DNA from: Glaucostegus cemiculus
Lineage: Eukaryota
Reading direction: 5' to 3'
DNA length: 64,000 nucleotides
Assembly (NCBI GenBank): GCA_976551045.1
Contig: CDPCPM010000087.1
Span: forward strand, 186,001-250,000
How positions within the stretch are numbered: position 1 is the first letter of the stretch; each line of letters opens with the position of its first letter. The notes beneath the pieces are model-generated. The model did no database searches and was not told where the DNA came from. It worked only from the letters and a program-made list of their open reading frames with translations. The position numbers were made by a program, and so were the translations under genes. Of this stretch, positions 52,880-64,000 are shown piece after piece.

Positions 52880-54140
52880 TTTTAATCAAACTTTATCCAT
52901 CCTAATCATCACCAATTGCTGCCGATGCACATGTCGAAGGACAGCCTTCAAGGAATATGGCACTAGCACTGCACTAATTGAAATACATTCAAAACAGGCA
53001 CAGCAGGTCAAAATTGAGCATCCATGAAGCACCAGAACTGTGCACCACCACAACCTGCAACTGCATGGCCCAACATAGACCTCACTCAACTGTTAGCAAG
53101 TCACCTAACCAATTCTAGTTCCTGCTGTCAAGGAGTCTGCCTGAAGCAGGCATACAGGAACTAAAAATTGAGGTGCCCACATAATGAAGCTGCAACACAA
53201 GGCTGACAGGAAGCTAAATGACAGAAGCAGCATACTACATTCTGAGTTACGTTCACTCTGTAGGACATCAAGAAATAGATAAGCACAATGGAGTCAAAGG
53301 CCATGATAATATGCTGGCTGTAAACAGAAGGTGGTCTCCAGATCGAACCATGCCTTGACCCAAGCTATCCAAGCATTGTTACAACATCGGCATTCACAAG
53401 AGTGGGGAAAATAAAAACAGGAACAAAACCAATCCAGACAAATTGTCCAACCACAATATTCAGCAATAATGGAAAGTGGCAATGCTATCAAGTGACACTT
53501 AGTCATTAATAACCTGCTAAACGACACTCCGTTTGGATTCTGCCAGGACTTCTTGTTCTGAACACTATTATAATCTTGGTCCAACAATGGCCAAATTCCA
53601 GAGGCAAGGAAGGAGTGAGGGCCTTTGAGCTCAAGGTAACATTTGTATGTAGGAGACACCAATAGGTTTAATAGACTCAGGAGGAAAGGTCTTCATTGGC
53701 TGGACTTGTACCTCAGCCCTAGGTCATCACTGCAGGAGTCTCTCAGGGAACTGCTTTAAGGCCAGTAAACCTCAACTACTTAAAGCATTACCTCCATCAC
53801 AAGATCACAGCTATGGATGGTCACTTATGATTGCACAATGTTCAGGTCTGGTCACAACTTCTCAGATAATGAAGCAGTCTGCCCCAGCATGCAACGAAAC
53901 TTCAGCAATAGGCAGGTTAGAGTTCATTCAGAAGAAAGTGTGACCACTTCCCCTGGAGAATCAATGGAATTTACTGAACCATAAGAACGCAAGAATGAAA
54001 TACTAGCAGTGGTCATCCATCCGGCCCTTCACGCTTGCTCCCCATTTATTAACATCTACCTATAAGAATCCATCACCATTCTAGGGGTTCTCCACTGATC
54101 ATAAACCTAACTGGATTGATATAAAATATCTGTGACTAAA
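52880..54140 (+). mobile_element. Old non-LTR element fragment (same family as the 40-kb copy)
   Basis: cactgcaggagtctctcaggg (GVPQG-like) and tgattgcaca (ADD-like). Confidence 0.5.
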
Positions 54141-56025
54141 ACACTAGTGGTACCATTGCAAAAATAGAAGCAAAGCATTTGGTCTTTCGGCCATTCAAAA
54201 AAATAATAACCAGTCTTCATCTTTCTGCTCTATTGTCATATCCCTTGACCCAAAAAAAGCAAATTTTCTTTTTTTCCTGAATATATCCGAATGTGGACCC
54301 ATAGCTCTCTAAAGGATTTCATTGATTCCTCACAATGAGTAAAGCAATTTTTTCCAAATCAATCCCAAACAGACAGCTGCTAATTCCAAAACGATGATGC
54401 GAGCTTTAGTCTCCCCTACCAGACTTCCACCATGTATTGTCCTCTCCCCGAGTTTTCAATGTTTCAAGCTGTCAGCTTGCATTCATCTGAACTCTTGGGT
54501 TTCACTAAATAGGCTCAATTCCTCCCATCTCTATAATCATTATGGAACCTCCTCAGCTGATATCATCTTCTTAGGTAAAAAAAGAGACCAGTCCACTTCT
54601 TCAGACACAGTCTCACAAAAAGCCTCACTGTTAACTTCTGCAATTTCTGTGCAAGGACACCAGTTCCTTCTGCAAACTTTTTCCAATTTCACCTTTTGTG
54701 AATGTCTTTCTTTTTTTGTTTTTATCTCAAAGTGGATAACCTAACATTTCTTCATATTATAACCTATTTGTTGGATTCAGTCTCGTGCACCAGCTTGCAG
54801 CCTCTTGTGTCCTCCTCACAATGTACTGTCTAATCAGGCTTTGTAACATGAAAAATCTTAGACACATTACTCTCAATTCTTTCATTCATATCAGTACATT
54901 CTAACTAGTCAAGGCCAAAGAACTGATCTTTGCAGTAGCAACCTGTAAATGACCATTTCTATGTTCTTTGAACATCTCAACTATTCCTCAATCCAGTACA
55001 TGACCCCTATTGCCTTAGCCCCAAGTTTTGTTACAAGCCAAACACTGTTCAAAAACCTAAATACATTATATGCTACTGGCTCCTTTTTAACTACCATGCA
55101 AACTAGAACTTAAAAAAAACTCTTATTTTATGAATTTGCCATGCCCTTAAAAAAATGGGTTCCAAGATTTTATTCTCTATTGATTTTATTCTCCAATTGG
55201 TCTACAGTTCTGACAGGTTTTGAACCTGAAGCATTAACTCTATTTCAGTTTTAACAAATGCTGACCTGGTAAGTATTTACAGCATCTGCAGTTTCTTTTT
55301 GACTTTCATTGGCCTAAACTTCTGTTTTCTCTCCCCTTCCTTACACAATGGAGTTGTCCTTACCGACTTCAAATTCCCAAAGGTCATTCTGAAATATAGA
55401 GAAGTCCAGAAGATCAAAACTAAAGCACCCACAACTTAAAAGCTCAATTTAACTCTTCAGCTCCAAGGGACATTTGTTGCCTTGCACGCCACTTAGTTTT
55501 TCAGCAATGTTTCTTTAGTAATACTAATCTCTTTACATGTTCCTCATTCTCACGGTACCTCAGTTTATCACTATTTCCATATCATTTTCACGTTCTACCA
55601 CTTAAACAAATATTCTGTGTCTAATGGTCATTTCCTTATTCCCTGTTACAATTCACTTTCCTGCCTGTTCCCATTATCCTCAACTGCCCGATAAATCTAT
55701 CCATTAGTTCACAGACCTGTCTTCTCAGCTTTGCATCCATCTCCACAGCTGTCAGAGGTCGAGAATTCTAAAGCTTCTTCCCCTCCGCCATCAGATATCT
55801 GAACAGTCCACAAACACTACCTTGTTATTTCCTCTTTTGCACTATTTTTGTAACTTACAGTAATTTTTATAGCCTTTGCACTGTACTGCTGCAGTAAAAC
55901 AACAAACATTACCACATATGTTGGCGATAATAAACCAGATTCTGATTCTCTATCAACTCGTGGAACAAGTACCTCCAGTTTCCAGCAACGGCCACACTCA
56001 CTGTACTGACCAGGTACCGAGCCCC

Positions 56026-56126
56026 AGGCTCAGCACCAAGTTCCTGCACTGTTTACCCAGCTCCCCTCCCCAACCAAGGCTCAGCACCAAGTTCCTGCAC
56101 TGCTTACCCAGCTCCCCTCCCCAACC
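56026..56126. repeat. 51-bp tandem duplication (2 copies, 1 mismatch)
   Basis: aggctcagcaccaagttcctgcactg(t/c)ttacccagctcccctccccaacc starts at 56026 and again at 56077. Confidence 0.95.
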
Positions 56127-56729
56127 CCCCCACTGATCCTTACGGGCAGCCTCTTCACATCGAGCCATGGCCGAATCATTGATGGAGTCACATCAGGTTC
56201 CTGGCACAGCAGAGCACCATACAAGGGAGGGCAGGGGAATCACATCAGGTTCCTGGCACCCAGACACCTGGAGCAGCAACGTGCAGCACTGGGGAGGGCA
56301 GGACCTCCTGCCAGGGGCTGCCCAGCAGCTTTGTCAGAAGCACATCTATGTGTATAAAATGCTCTAACAACCCCTTTACAGAATCTATTCCATTGGCACT
56401 GCTGTTCCTTGGAACATATGCACGGTGTTGAGCAAGGTATCATTGTACCCATAGTACAAGCTCATACACTGCAGTAATCTTCTACGTGACATATTACCAA
56501 GTGCCTTTTGAAACTCCACATACACTGTACCCACTGGCTTCCCCTTCACACCCAGCTCATTGTATCCCAAAAGGATTCTTGATCTTCAAACACCATTTCC
56601 CTTTCATACAATTGTGTTGACAGCTAAACTGTATTTTGATTTTCTAAATGTCTGGTTAATCTTCCTTTAATAATGAAGTAATATGACATGTCCATTTAAC
56701 TGGTCTGCAGCTCCTGCATTCTGTGATGA

Positions 56730-57170
56730 GACTGCAGTGGAGAGGGTGCAGAGGTGATTCACCAGGTTGTTGCCTCGGATGGAATAATTCAGTTACGAGG
56801 AGAGACTGGAGAGGCTATTGTTTTCCATGGAGTGGAGGCAGTTAATAGGGGACGTGATTGAGGTATATAAAATGGAGGGACATAGATAGGGTGAGCTGGA
56901 GGAAACTATTCCCTATATTAGAGGTAGATAAAACTAACAGACAGATTTATGGCAAGGTGTAAGAAACGTAGAGGGGATCCGAGAGCAGCAAAGTACACTC
57001 CCAGAGGGTAGTGGGAGCAGAGCTGTGGACAGCATGCAAATGTCCAGATGAGCACTTGAATTGCCATGCACAGAAGGCTGGAAGATGGGATTAATTATGA
57101 ATGGATCGCCACGAGTTAGCATGGATGTAATGGGCCAAATGGCTGTTTCCATGTTTCAAGACACTATGGC
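56730..57170 (+). mobile_element. CR1 3' fragment
   Basis: ggagagggtgcagaggtgattcaccagg...gggccaaatggc tail. Confidence 0.75.
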
Positions 57171-57431
57171 TGCTTTCTTTAATAGGGGAGTGATACTTGC
57201 ATTTTTCCAGTCCACTGAAATCTTTCCAAAATCTTGAAAATTTTTAAGAAGTCTTTGAATATTTTTATTGGGTGTAGATGTATTGCAAGCAAGGGAGATG
57301 AAAAGTTTAAGTGGGAATGAAGATTTGAAGTTACAATCAGATCAGCTACAAGGAGAAGACTGGCCTACTCCTGCTCCCAATTCATATCTGGCTTATATTA
57401 TTATCTAGTGATAACGACTGTTCTAAGTTCC

Positions 57432-57676
57432 TTTTTTTTTATTTACAGCGTGGTAACAGGCCAATTCGGCCCTCCGAGTCCACACCGCCCATTTTAAACC
57501 CCCACATTAACCTACCTGTATGTCTTTCAGAATATGGGAGGAAACTGGAGCACCCGGAGGAAACCCATGCAGACATGGGAGAACGTACAAACTCCTTACA
57601 GACAGCGACGGGAATTGAACCCCGATCGCTGGCACTGTTACAGCGTCGCGCTAACCGCTACGCTATCGTGCCGCCC
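57432..57676 (-). mobile_element. Full-length young V-SINE (HE1-like)
   Basis: A box TAGCGTAGCGG, B box GGTTCAATTCC, V-domain, A-tail; CpGs retained. Confidence 0.92.
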
Positions 57677-57786
57677 TTCCTCAATTCTGACCCCAATCTT
57701 CAACTGTCCCTGGGATGTTCTACATGTCTTTTATTGTGAAGATGTGTACAAAATATTCGTTCCAAGTCTCGGCCATTTTCTTCTCT

Positions 57787-57925
57787 ATTTTTATTTATTT
57801 ACAGCATGGTAACAGGTCCTTCCGGCCCAACAAGTCTGCGCTGCCCATTTTAAACCCACATTAACCTACCCACACGTCTTTGGAACGTAAGAGGAAACCG
57901 GAGCACCCGGAAGAAACTCACGCAT
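57787..57925 (-). mobile_element. Truncated second V-SINE copy
   Basis: 3' half of the adjacent SINE. Confidence 0.85.
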
Positions 57926-58606
57926 GAATTAATTCCTCCATCTTATCTTTTGGAGAACAGATTTGATCTATTTTCTTCTTTTCTAGATACTTGCAGAAGC
58001 TCCGACTGGCTGCTTTGATATTTTCCTAGCTTATTTTCATAATATATTTGCTTCCATTTTATTTTTCCAGTCACCCTTTGTTGGTTTCTGTATGTTCACC
58101 CAATATTCTGACCACTAATTTTCATAACACTGCATACCTCAGCCATGCAGCATGGAAACAGGCCCTTTGGCCCACTGAGTCTGTGCAATCATCAAGCACC
58201 CATCTACACCAGTCTTTCAATCTGTTAGCTTCAGTTAGCTACAAATTCATCTTCCTTCTCAGTTTTAATATCGCATTTGAGTATAACATTACCTTAAATG
58301 CCTGCTGCTACTGATCTCAGCTCTTGCATCTTAATGTTTTTCAATGAACTTTAACCAACTTTACCTTCCTGCTTTTGTGAATATCTCTAAAGTTTACATC
58401 TGAGTTTCTGATCCAAGTTTTGCACTCAGATTGGGTCATGTGAAATGCAGTAGGATCAGTCTAAAATAGGTTGTTCCTTGGTTGCTTCCACAACAATGCC
58501 CGAAGAAAATCTCCAATACACTCTACAAACCTATCCTCAACATTACCTTTGCCTCTTTAATGACTCTCCAGTCATATCCATTTGTAGCTCCTTGTGCCAT
58601 TGTGCA

Positions 58607-58665
58607 ACTTATTATAAATGCAACATTTCACTTATCAAATGTAACATCACTTATTATAAATGCAA
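58607..58665. repeat. About 21-bp imperfect tandem repeat, 3 copies
   Basis: acttattataaatgcaa / acttatcaaatgtaa / acttattataaatgcaa. Confidence 0.7.
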
Positions 58666-58677
58666 ACCTCTCACAGC

Positions 58678-59040
58678 ATTGGTGAAGCAGCCAGCATAAT
58701 CAAAGACCCCACCCACCCAGGTCATTCTCTCTTCCATCAGGTAGAATATACAGTAGCCTGAGGGCACATACCCCCAGACTTAAGGACAGCTTCTACCCCA
58801 CTGTGATATTGAACTGTTCCTTATACGATAAGATCGACTATGACCACACACCTTATTGTGACCTTGCACCTTATTGCACTGCACTTTCTCTGTAGCTGTG
58901 ACACTTTACTCTGTTATTGTTTTTACCTGTACTAACTCAATGTAACTGCACTATGTAATGAATTGACCTGTACGATCGGTATGCAAGACAAGTTTTTCAC
59001 TGTACCTCAGTACAAGTGACAATAATAAACCAATACCAAC
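58678..59040 (+). mobile_element. Rex1/Babar 3' end
   Basis: cataatcaaagaccccacccacc...aaggacagcttctacccc plus UTR. Confidence 0.88.
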
Positions 59041-59104
59041 ATGACCTTCACCTTCATTTCCTTAATTTCAAGGAGATGTACATTTAAAGACCATGCAGGG
59101 CAGT

Positions 59105-60045
59105 TAATGGAGACACAAGAGATTCTGCAGATGCTGGAATCTGGAGCAATACACAAAAAGTGCTGGAGGAACCCAGCAGGTCAGGCGGCGTCTATGGAGG
59201 GAAATAAACAGTTGACGTTTTAGGCTGAGACCCTTCATCAGGACTGGAAAGGAAGAGGGCAAAAGCCAGGATAAGAAGGTGGGGGGGGTGGGTGGAAAGA
59301 GGAGCACACGCAGGCAGGTGATAAGCCAGTTGAGATGATATGAGAGTCCAGGTGAGAGGCGAAAGGTAGGAGGGTTGGAGGGAATGGGGGACGGAGGGGG
59401 AAGATGTAATAAACTGAGAGGTGATAGGTAGAAGAGGCAAAGGGCTGAAAAGGAATCCGGTTGGAGAGGACAGTGCACCATGGAATAAAGGATGGAGGAG
59501 GGAAGGAGGGGAGATGGGCAGGTCATCAAGGCAGGGGAAGAGAGCCACAGAAATAAGGGAAGACAAAGGAGTGGGGGGTTGGTGGGGGAAGGGGGTGATT
59601 ACCGGAAGTTAGAGAAATCAATGTTAAGGCCATCAGGTTGGAGACTCCCAAGGCAGAATACGAGGTGTTGTTCTTCCAACCTGTGTCTGGCCTCAATGTG
59701 GCAGTAAAGGAGGCCATGGATAGACACGTCAGTATGGGAGAGGGATGTGGATTGAAGTTGGTGGCCAGCGGGAGGTCCTGGCTGTTGCAGCAGATGGTGC
59801 TCGACCAAGTGGTCACTAAATCTGTGTCGGGTCTCACCGATGTGCAGGAGGCTGCACTGGGTGCAATAAACAACACCCTCGGACTCTCGGGTGAAGCTCT
59901 GCCTCACTGGCAAGGATTGTCTGGGACCCTGAATGGCGAAGGAGGTGGTGTAGGGACAGGCGTAGCACTTGGTGCGGTTGCGGGCATAAGTGCCAATGGG
60001 TTTATCAATGGGGAGGGATGACTGGACAAGGGAGTCACAGACAGC
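59105..60045 (-). mobile_element. Penelope-like element, GIY-YIG endonuclease remnant and terminal region
   Basis: ORF 59599..60177: C..CPY...QGPRQS..VRQSF...VVYC..C..HIGET...EH...LEEQHLVFCLGSLQPDGLN. Confidence 0.88.
59209..59246 (-). ncRNA. Minimal type I hammerhead ribozyme remnant (probably inactive)
   Basis: CAGUC-CUGAUGA-AGGGUCUCAGCCU-AAAAC-GUC-AACUG. The CUGAUGA core and GUC triplet are present, but GAAA reads AAAA. Confidence 0.7.
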
Positions 60046-60379
60046 ATGGTTAATGTATCTGTTCACCACTAAATCTAGTTTGATCATCAATACAGAAAGA
60101 CAAGCCATTGCAGATGATTCTCTGGCTGCAATGAGTGGAGATGAGTGTGGAGGGACTGGAGGTGAAGGCACGATCAACTACTCAAACAGAGAGGGAGAGG
60201 TGGACAGTCACTATTGTCACAGTCACACAGGACGGAATTTCTAGCTGATAGGAACTGATTTGGTCATCTGACAAAATACCTTTTGATCTATTTCAGAAAG
60301 ATCAAAAGTTTTGTGAAAGATCACTACAGTTTTGACAATGACAGCACTATTTAATGACTCGGGAGCAAAGGAATGACAC

Positions 60380-61340
60380 AGACATAGGAGCAGAATTAGG
60401 CCATTCAGCCCATCGAGTCTGCCCCACCATTCAATCATGGCTGACTTATTTTTCCCTTTCAACTCCATTCTCCTGCCTTTTCCCTATAAACTTTGGCACC
60501 CATACTAATCAAGAACTTATCAACCTCCATTTTTAAATACACCCAATGACTTGGCCTCCACAGCCATATGTGGCGATGAATTCCACAAAGTCACCACCTT
60601 CTGGCTAAAGAAATTCCCCATCTCAGTTCTAAAGGGAAATCCTTTTATTCTGAGGCTCTCTGGTCCTAGACCCTTCCACTATTGGAAACATCCTCTCCAC
60701 GTCCACTCTATTGAGGCCTTTCAATATTCGGTAGGTTTCAGTGAGATCCCGCTTCCCCCACCCCAATCCTTCTAAACTCCAGCAGGTACAGGCCTAGAGC
60801 CAAAGGCTCCTTGTACGTTAACCTTTTCATCCCTGGGGTCATTCTTGCAAACCTCCTCTGGACCCTCTCCAAAACTAGCACATCCTTCCTAGGATATGGG
60901 CCTCAACAGCTCACAATACTCCAAATGTGGTCTGACCAACACCTTTTAAAGCCTCGGCATAACATCCTTGCTTTTATACTCTAATCCTCTTGAAATGAAT
61001 GCTAACATTACATTTGCTTTCCTTACTACAAACTCAACCTCCAAGTTAACCTCTAGGAAATCCTGCACTAGGACTTCAAGTCCCTTTGCACCTGATTTCT
61101 GAATTCTCTACCCGTTTAGAAAATAGTCTATGCCTTTATTCCTTCTACTAAAGTGCATGACCATACACTTCCCTACACTGAATTTCATCTGCTGCTTCTT
61201 TGCTCATTGTCCCAATGTGTCCAAGTCCTTCTGCAGACTCCCTGCTTCCTCAACACCACCTGCTCCTCCACCTATCTTTGTATCATCTGCAGACTTGGCC
61301 ACAAAGCCATCAATTCCATTATTCAGATCATTAATATAAA
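60380..61340 (-). mobile_element. CR1 3' fragment of another subfamily
   Basis: caatactccaaatgtggtctgacc and gtatcatctgcagacttggc (KFADDT-like on the minus strand). Confidence 0.85.
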
Positions 61341-62543
61341 TGAAAATATAGGGTGCTTGCTGATTATGTCCCAAATCACACTGTGCCTTTCCACACTCAC
61401 CAATGAACTAACCGAGCTTCAATGACTCACAATAAGCTCCACCTCAATTTTAAAATTCTATTATAAATCCCTTTGTGTCTTCACCCATCTCCAATCTCCC
61501 ATCTCAAATCTCCTTCCAAATATCCACACTCCTCCCATTCTGGCCTTTGGAGATTCAATCATTTCAATTGCTAAAGCTTTGCTGTCCGCTACCAAGCCCA
61601 CGTTTTGGAATTCTCTCCTGAAACCACTCCAGTTCCCCTTGAGGACACTTAAATCAAGGAGCATAAACGAAAGAGGACCAATGGTGGAGCCATTCAAGGT
61701 CAAGGTTAATACCTCATTGAAATAAGACTCCTGCTTGCTTGGTGAACATCAAGAAGGAACCTTAGTGACACAGAAAAGAATGGTCAACTGATCTTTAGAA
61801 GATGAAATGAGCATATTGTACTGAGAGAATCCATGGTCCTACACTGCAAGGAGCTACCAACAGCCTACACTCACATTACTCAGTTACAGCAGTGACAGAA
61901 TTCAGTTCCAGGAATCTCAGCTGGAATGTCAGAAATGGATCTCATTACTGAAGTCAATTCATTCCTAGTTCCAGGAGCTAGAGGACAGTAACTGAAGATA
62001 GCTTCCAACAGTTCAATTGTAATCTTCTCCACAGCTATCTTTAGGGTCAGTTCCTAGGTGAGTTCAAGAGAAAACAATGAATCAGTACTGCCTGCTCTTG
62101 CTGACTTTAACTTTGCACAGGAGCCTTCCAAGAACGATTAGAATCCACACAAGGTGAGGTCCCTATGTCAGTTAGCAAAGAGGGAAGGGAAGGGAGGTGC
62201 AAGATTAAGGTGGAATACTCAGGATCCAGCGAAATATGCTTGGTTGAGTGATATTAATTCAGCAAAGGAGGACAGAAATATGGGGAGTTAGGAATAAATA
62301 AATAAAATGTGGATGGATCAAAAGCTAATTGTATCATTCAAGCAATGCATTTGCTGCAAAGTCACACACAGAAATGACACAAATGAGGACACCCACTTCC
62401 CTAAACAGTTACATAACTTGAGCCTCAAAGCTAGATAAACCCTATAGATGTCCATAATGACAAGTCTCAGTCAATCCCAGCAAAAATACATAAGCTTCAA
62501 AACATCTCATTTACAAGCCATTGCATCATTTTCAGTGATGTAC

Positions 62544-62582
62544 CTCTAAATCCTCCGCATGGTGAGCTTCATTCTGCCCCAT
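62544..62582 (-). CDS. PNPLA6: PNPLA6/NTE probable first coding exon (MGQNEAHHAEDLE)
   Basis: ATG-initiated 39 nt ending at GAG|gtacat donor, phase 0 and compatible with the next exon. The MGQ start resembles fish NTE N-termini as I recall them. Confidence 0.6.
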
Positions 62583-64000
62583 TCTTTTCAGTTCACTTTG
62601 TCAAATCCTCCCATAAGGCAGGGCGCTTGTCCAGAATACAAGGTTGGAAAGTGAAAAGAAAAAAACAAAAGCCACAAATAATTCAAAGTTCTCAGTCTTT
62701 AGGTTAAATTCCAATCTCTTACACAGTTTGGAAACGTGCCAGGCACGCCCAGCTTCAATCAGCAGCTTTTTATTTTTCCCTGAAAACATGCAGTGTCGTG
62801 AGGTATGGATTGTTCCCAACTTTTCACACAACTCACTTCTACTTTTATATGTAGAAAATACTGCAGGGAGCCTCTCTTCCAGCAGAAACACAAGGAAGAA
62901 CAGTCACATGCAGTCTACGACATAGGTTGCTGTTGCAAGTACATGAGCCATTTTTAACATGATTCTACAAATCTTGAACTCACCTGTACTGTCGTTTCTC
63001 TACAAGTTAATGCAGGAACTCTACATAAAGCAACAATGCTTTGTACATTCCTTGAATTTTATGACATCCCACTTGCTCAGCACTGAGGCTATAAATTCAA
63101 TGGAGCATTTTTTTTGCTTAGGCTTTCTGCATGGCTGCCTTGTACGAACTTCAATTTCTTCTAAATTAACAATGTAAATCCAATGTCTTTGGTCTGTCTC
63201 AAGCTTTTGTCCCTCATTAACAATTCTACTTGACCAGTGTTCCAGCTAAATCAGCTGTTCACAACCTGGAGAGGAGTTTCAAGAAATTCAAGATTTCCTT
63301 ATGTGTCATTGTACTATTGCAGAACAAACACACAAAAGAATTACGATGGCACTCCCTTGCCTAATAAAAACCAGAACAGTAAATTTATAAGAGCGATTAT
63401 GACTATGAAAATAAAACAAACATACTTAGGCAAATATAAAATAGAAAAACATAAAGAGGCAGTGTGCACCCCAATATCCTGTCTCTCACTCCTACTTCTA
63501 TCTCCAGAACAGTTCTCGTCTCCACTACACCTCAGTCTATCTGTGCTCATCCTGAAATCATCACCCATACTTCAGCTACTTTCAAACCTGACTGCTCGGC
63601 TGAGCTGCCAGCCATCTTCCTCTCACCATTGAGAGAAGTTTGCACTCCTGCAACTCTGACTTCTACCATCCATTTCCTTTACCTTACTCTTAGTAGCAGA
63701 GCCTCCAGTTGTCTAGCCCCCAATTTCCCCTCAAACTTTCTGGCTCTTCCTGTTCCTTACAGATAACTGACAAGTAAGTGCCACTCAAGGGCACTATAAG
63801 CAGCTTTTATCACACTTATTTTTTGGGATGTGTGAGTCACTGGCAAAGTTAGCACATATTGCCTATGGTGATACGAGCTGTCTTTAGAGATCACAGCAAT
63901 CCTTTTGGAGGAGGTATCTCCAGAATACTATTGGGTACCCAACAACAATTGGTAGATAGGGACACTATTAGTACCAAGAGTTTTATTTTCCTTGCCACCC

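Noticed and set aside
56026-56260. CRISPR-like repeat-spacer array
   Set aside because: Vertebrate intron, only two copies of each unit, and no cas genes.
62978-63080. Consensus donor (CAG|gtgagt) as an upstream coding exon
   Set aside because: In-frame stop and no usable ATG. It could be a 5' UTR exon, but sequence alone cannot support that.

Overview
Eukaryotic vertebrate DNA, most likely from a cartilaginous fish (shark or ray), judged from its CR1/HER1-type LINEs, HE1/V-SINEs, Rex1/Babar, Penelope-like elements and DeuSINE remnants. The window holds the 5' part of a PNPLA6 (neuropathy target esterase, NTE) gene on the minus strand. I assembled 11 phase-compatible GT-AG exons by hand (62582 to 14692; 1090 nt, 363 codons plus 1 nt). 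They encode a luminal N-terminus, the transmembrane helix, the [14 protein letters not shown] motif and the first cyclic-nucleotide-binding domain. The patatin domain must lie beyond the left edge. The rest is intron, dense with retroelement fragments, and almost all ORFs in the supplied track are TE remnants or noise. The best leads are: a 444-nt phase 1-1 candidate exon (551-994) that I cannot match to mammalian NTE; Penelope-associated minimal hammerhead ribozyme remnants; inverted young CR1 copies bracketing two exons; and a candidate alternative first exon downstream of an RFX-type X-box. Family assignments come from remembered sequences, not database searches, and repeat boundaries are approximate.
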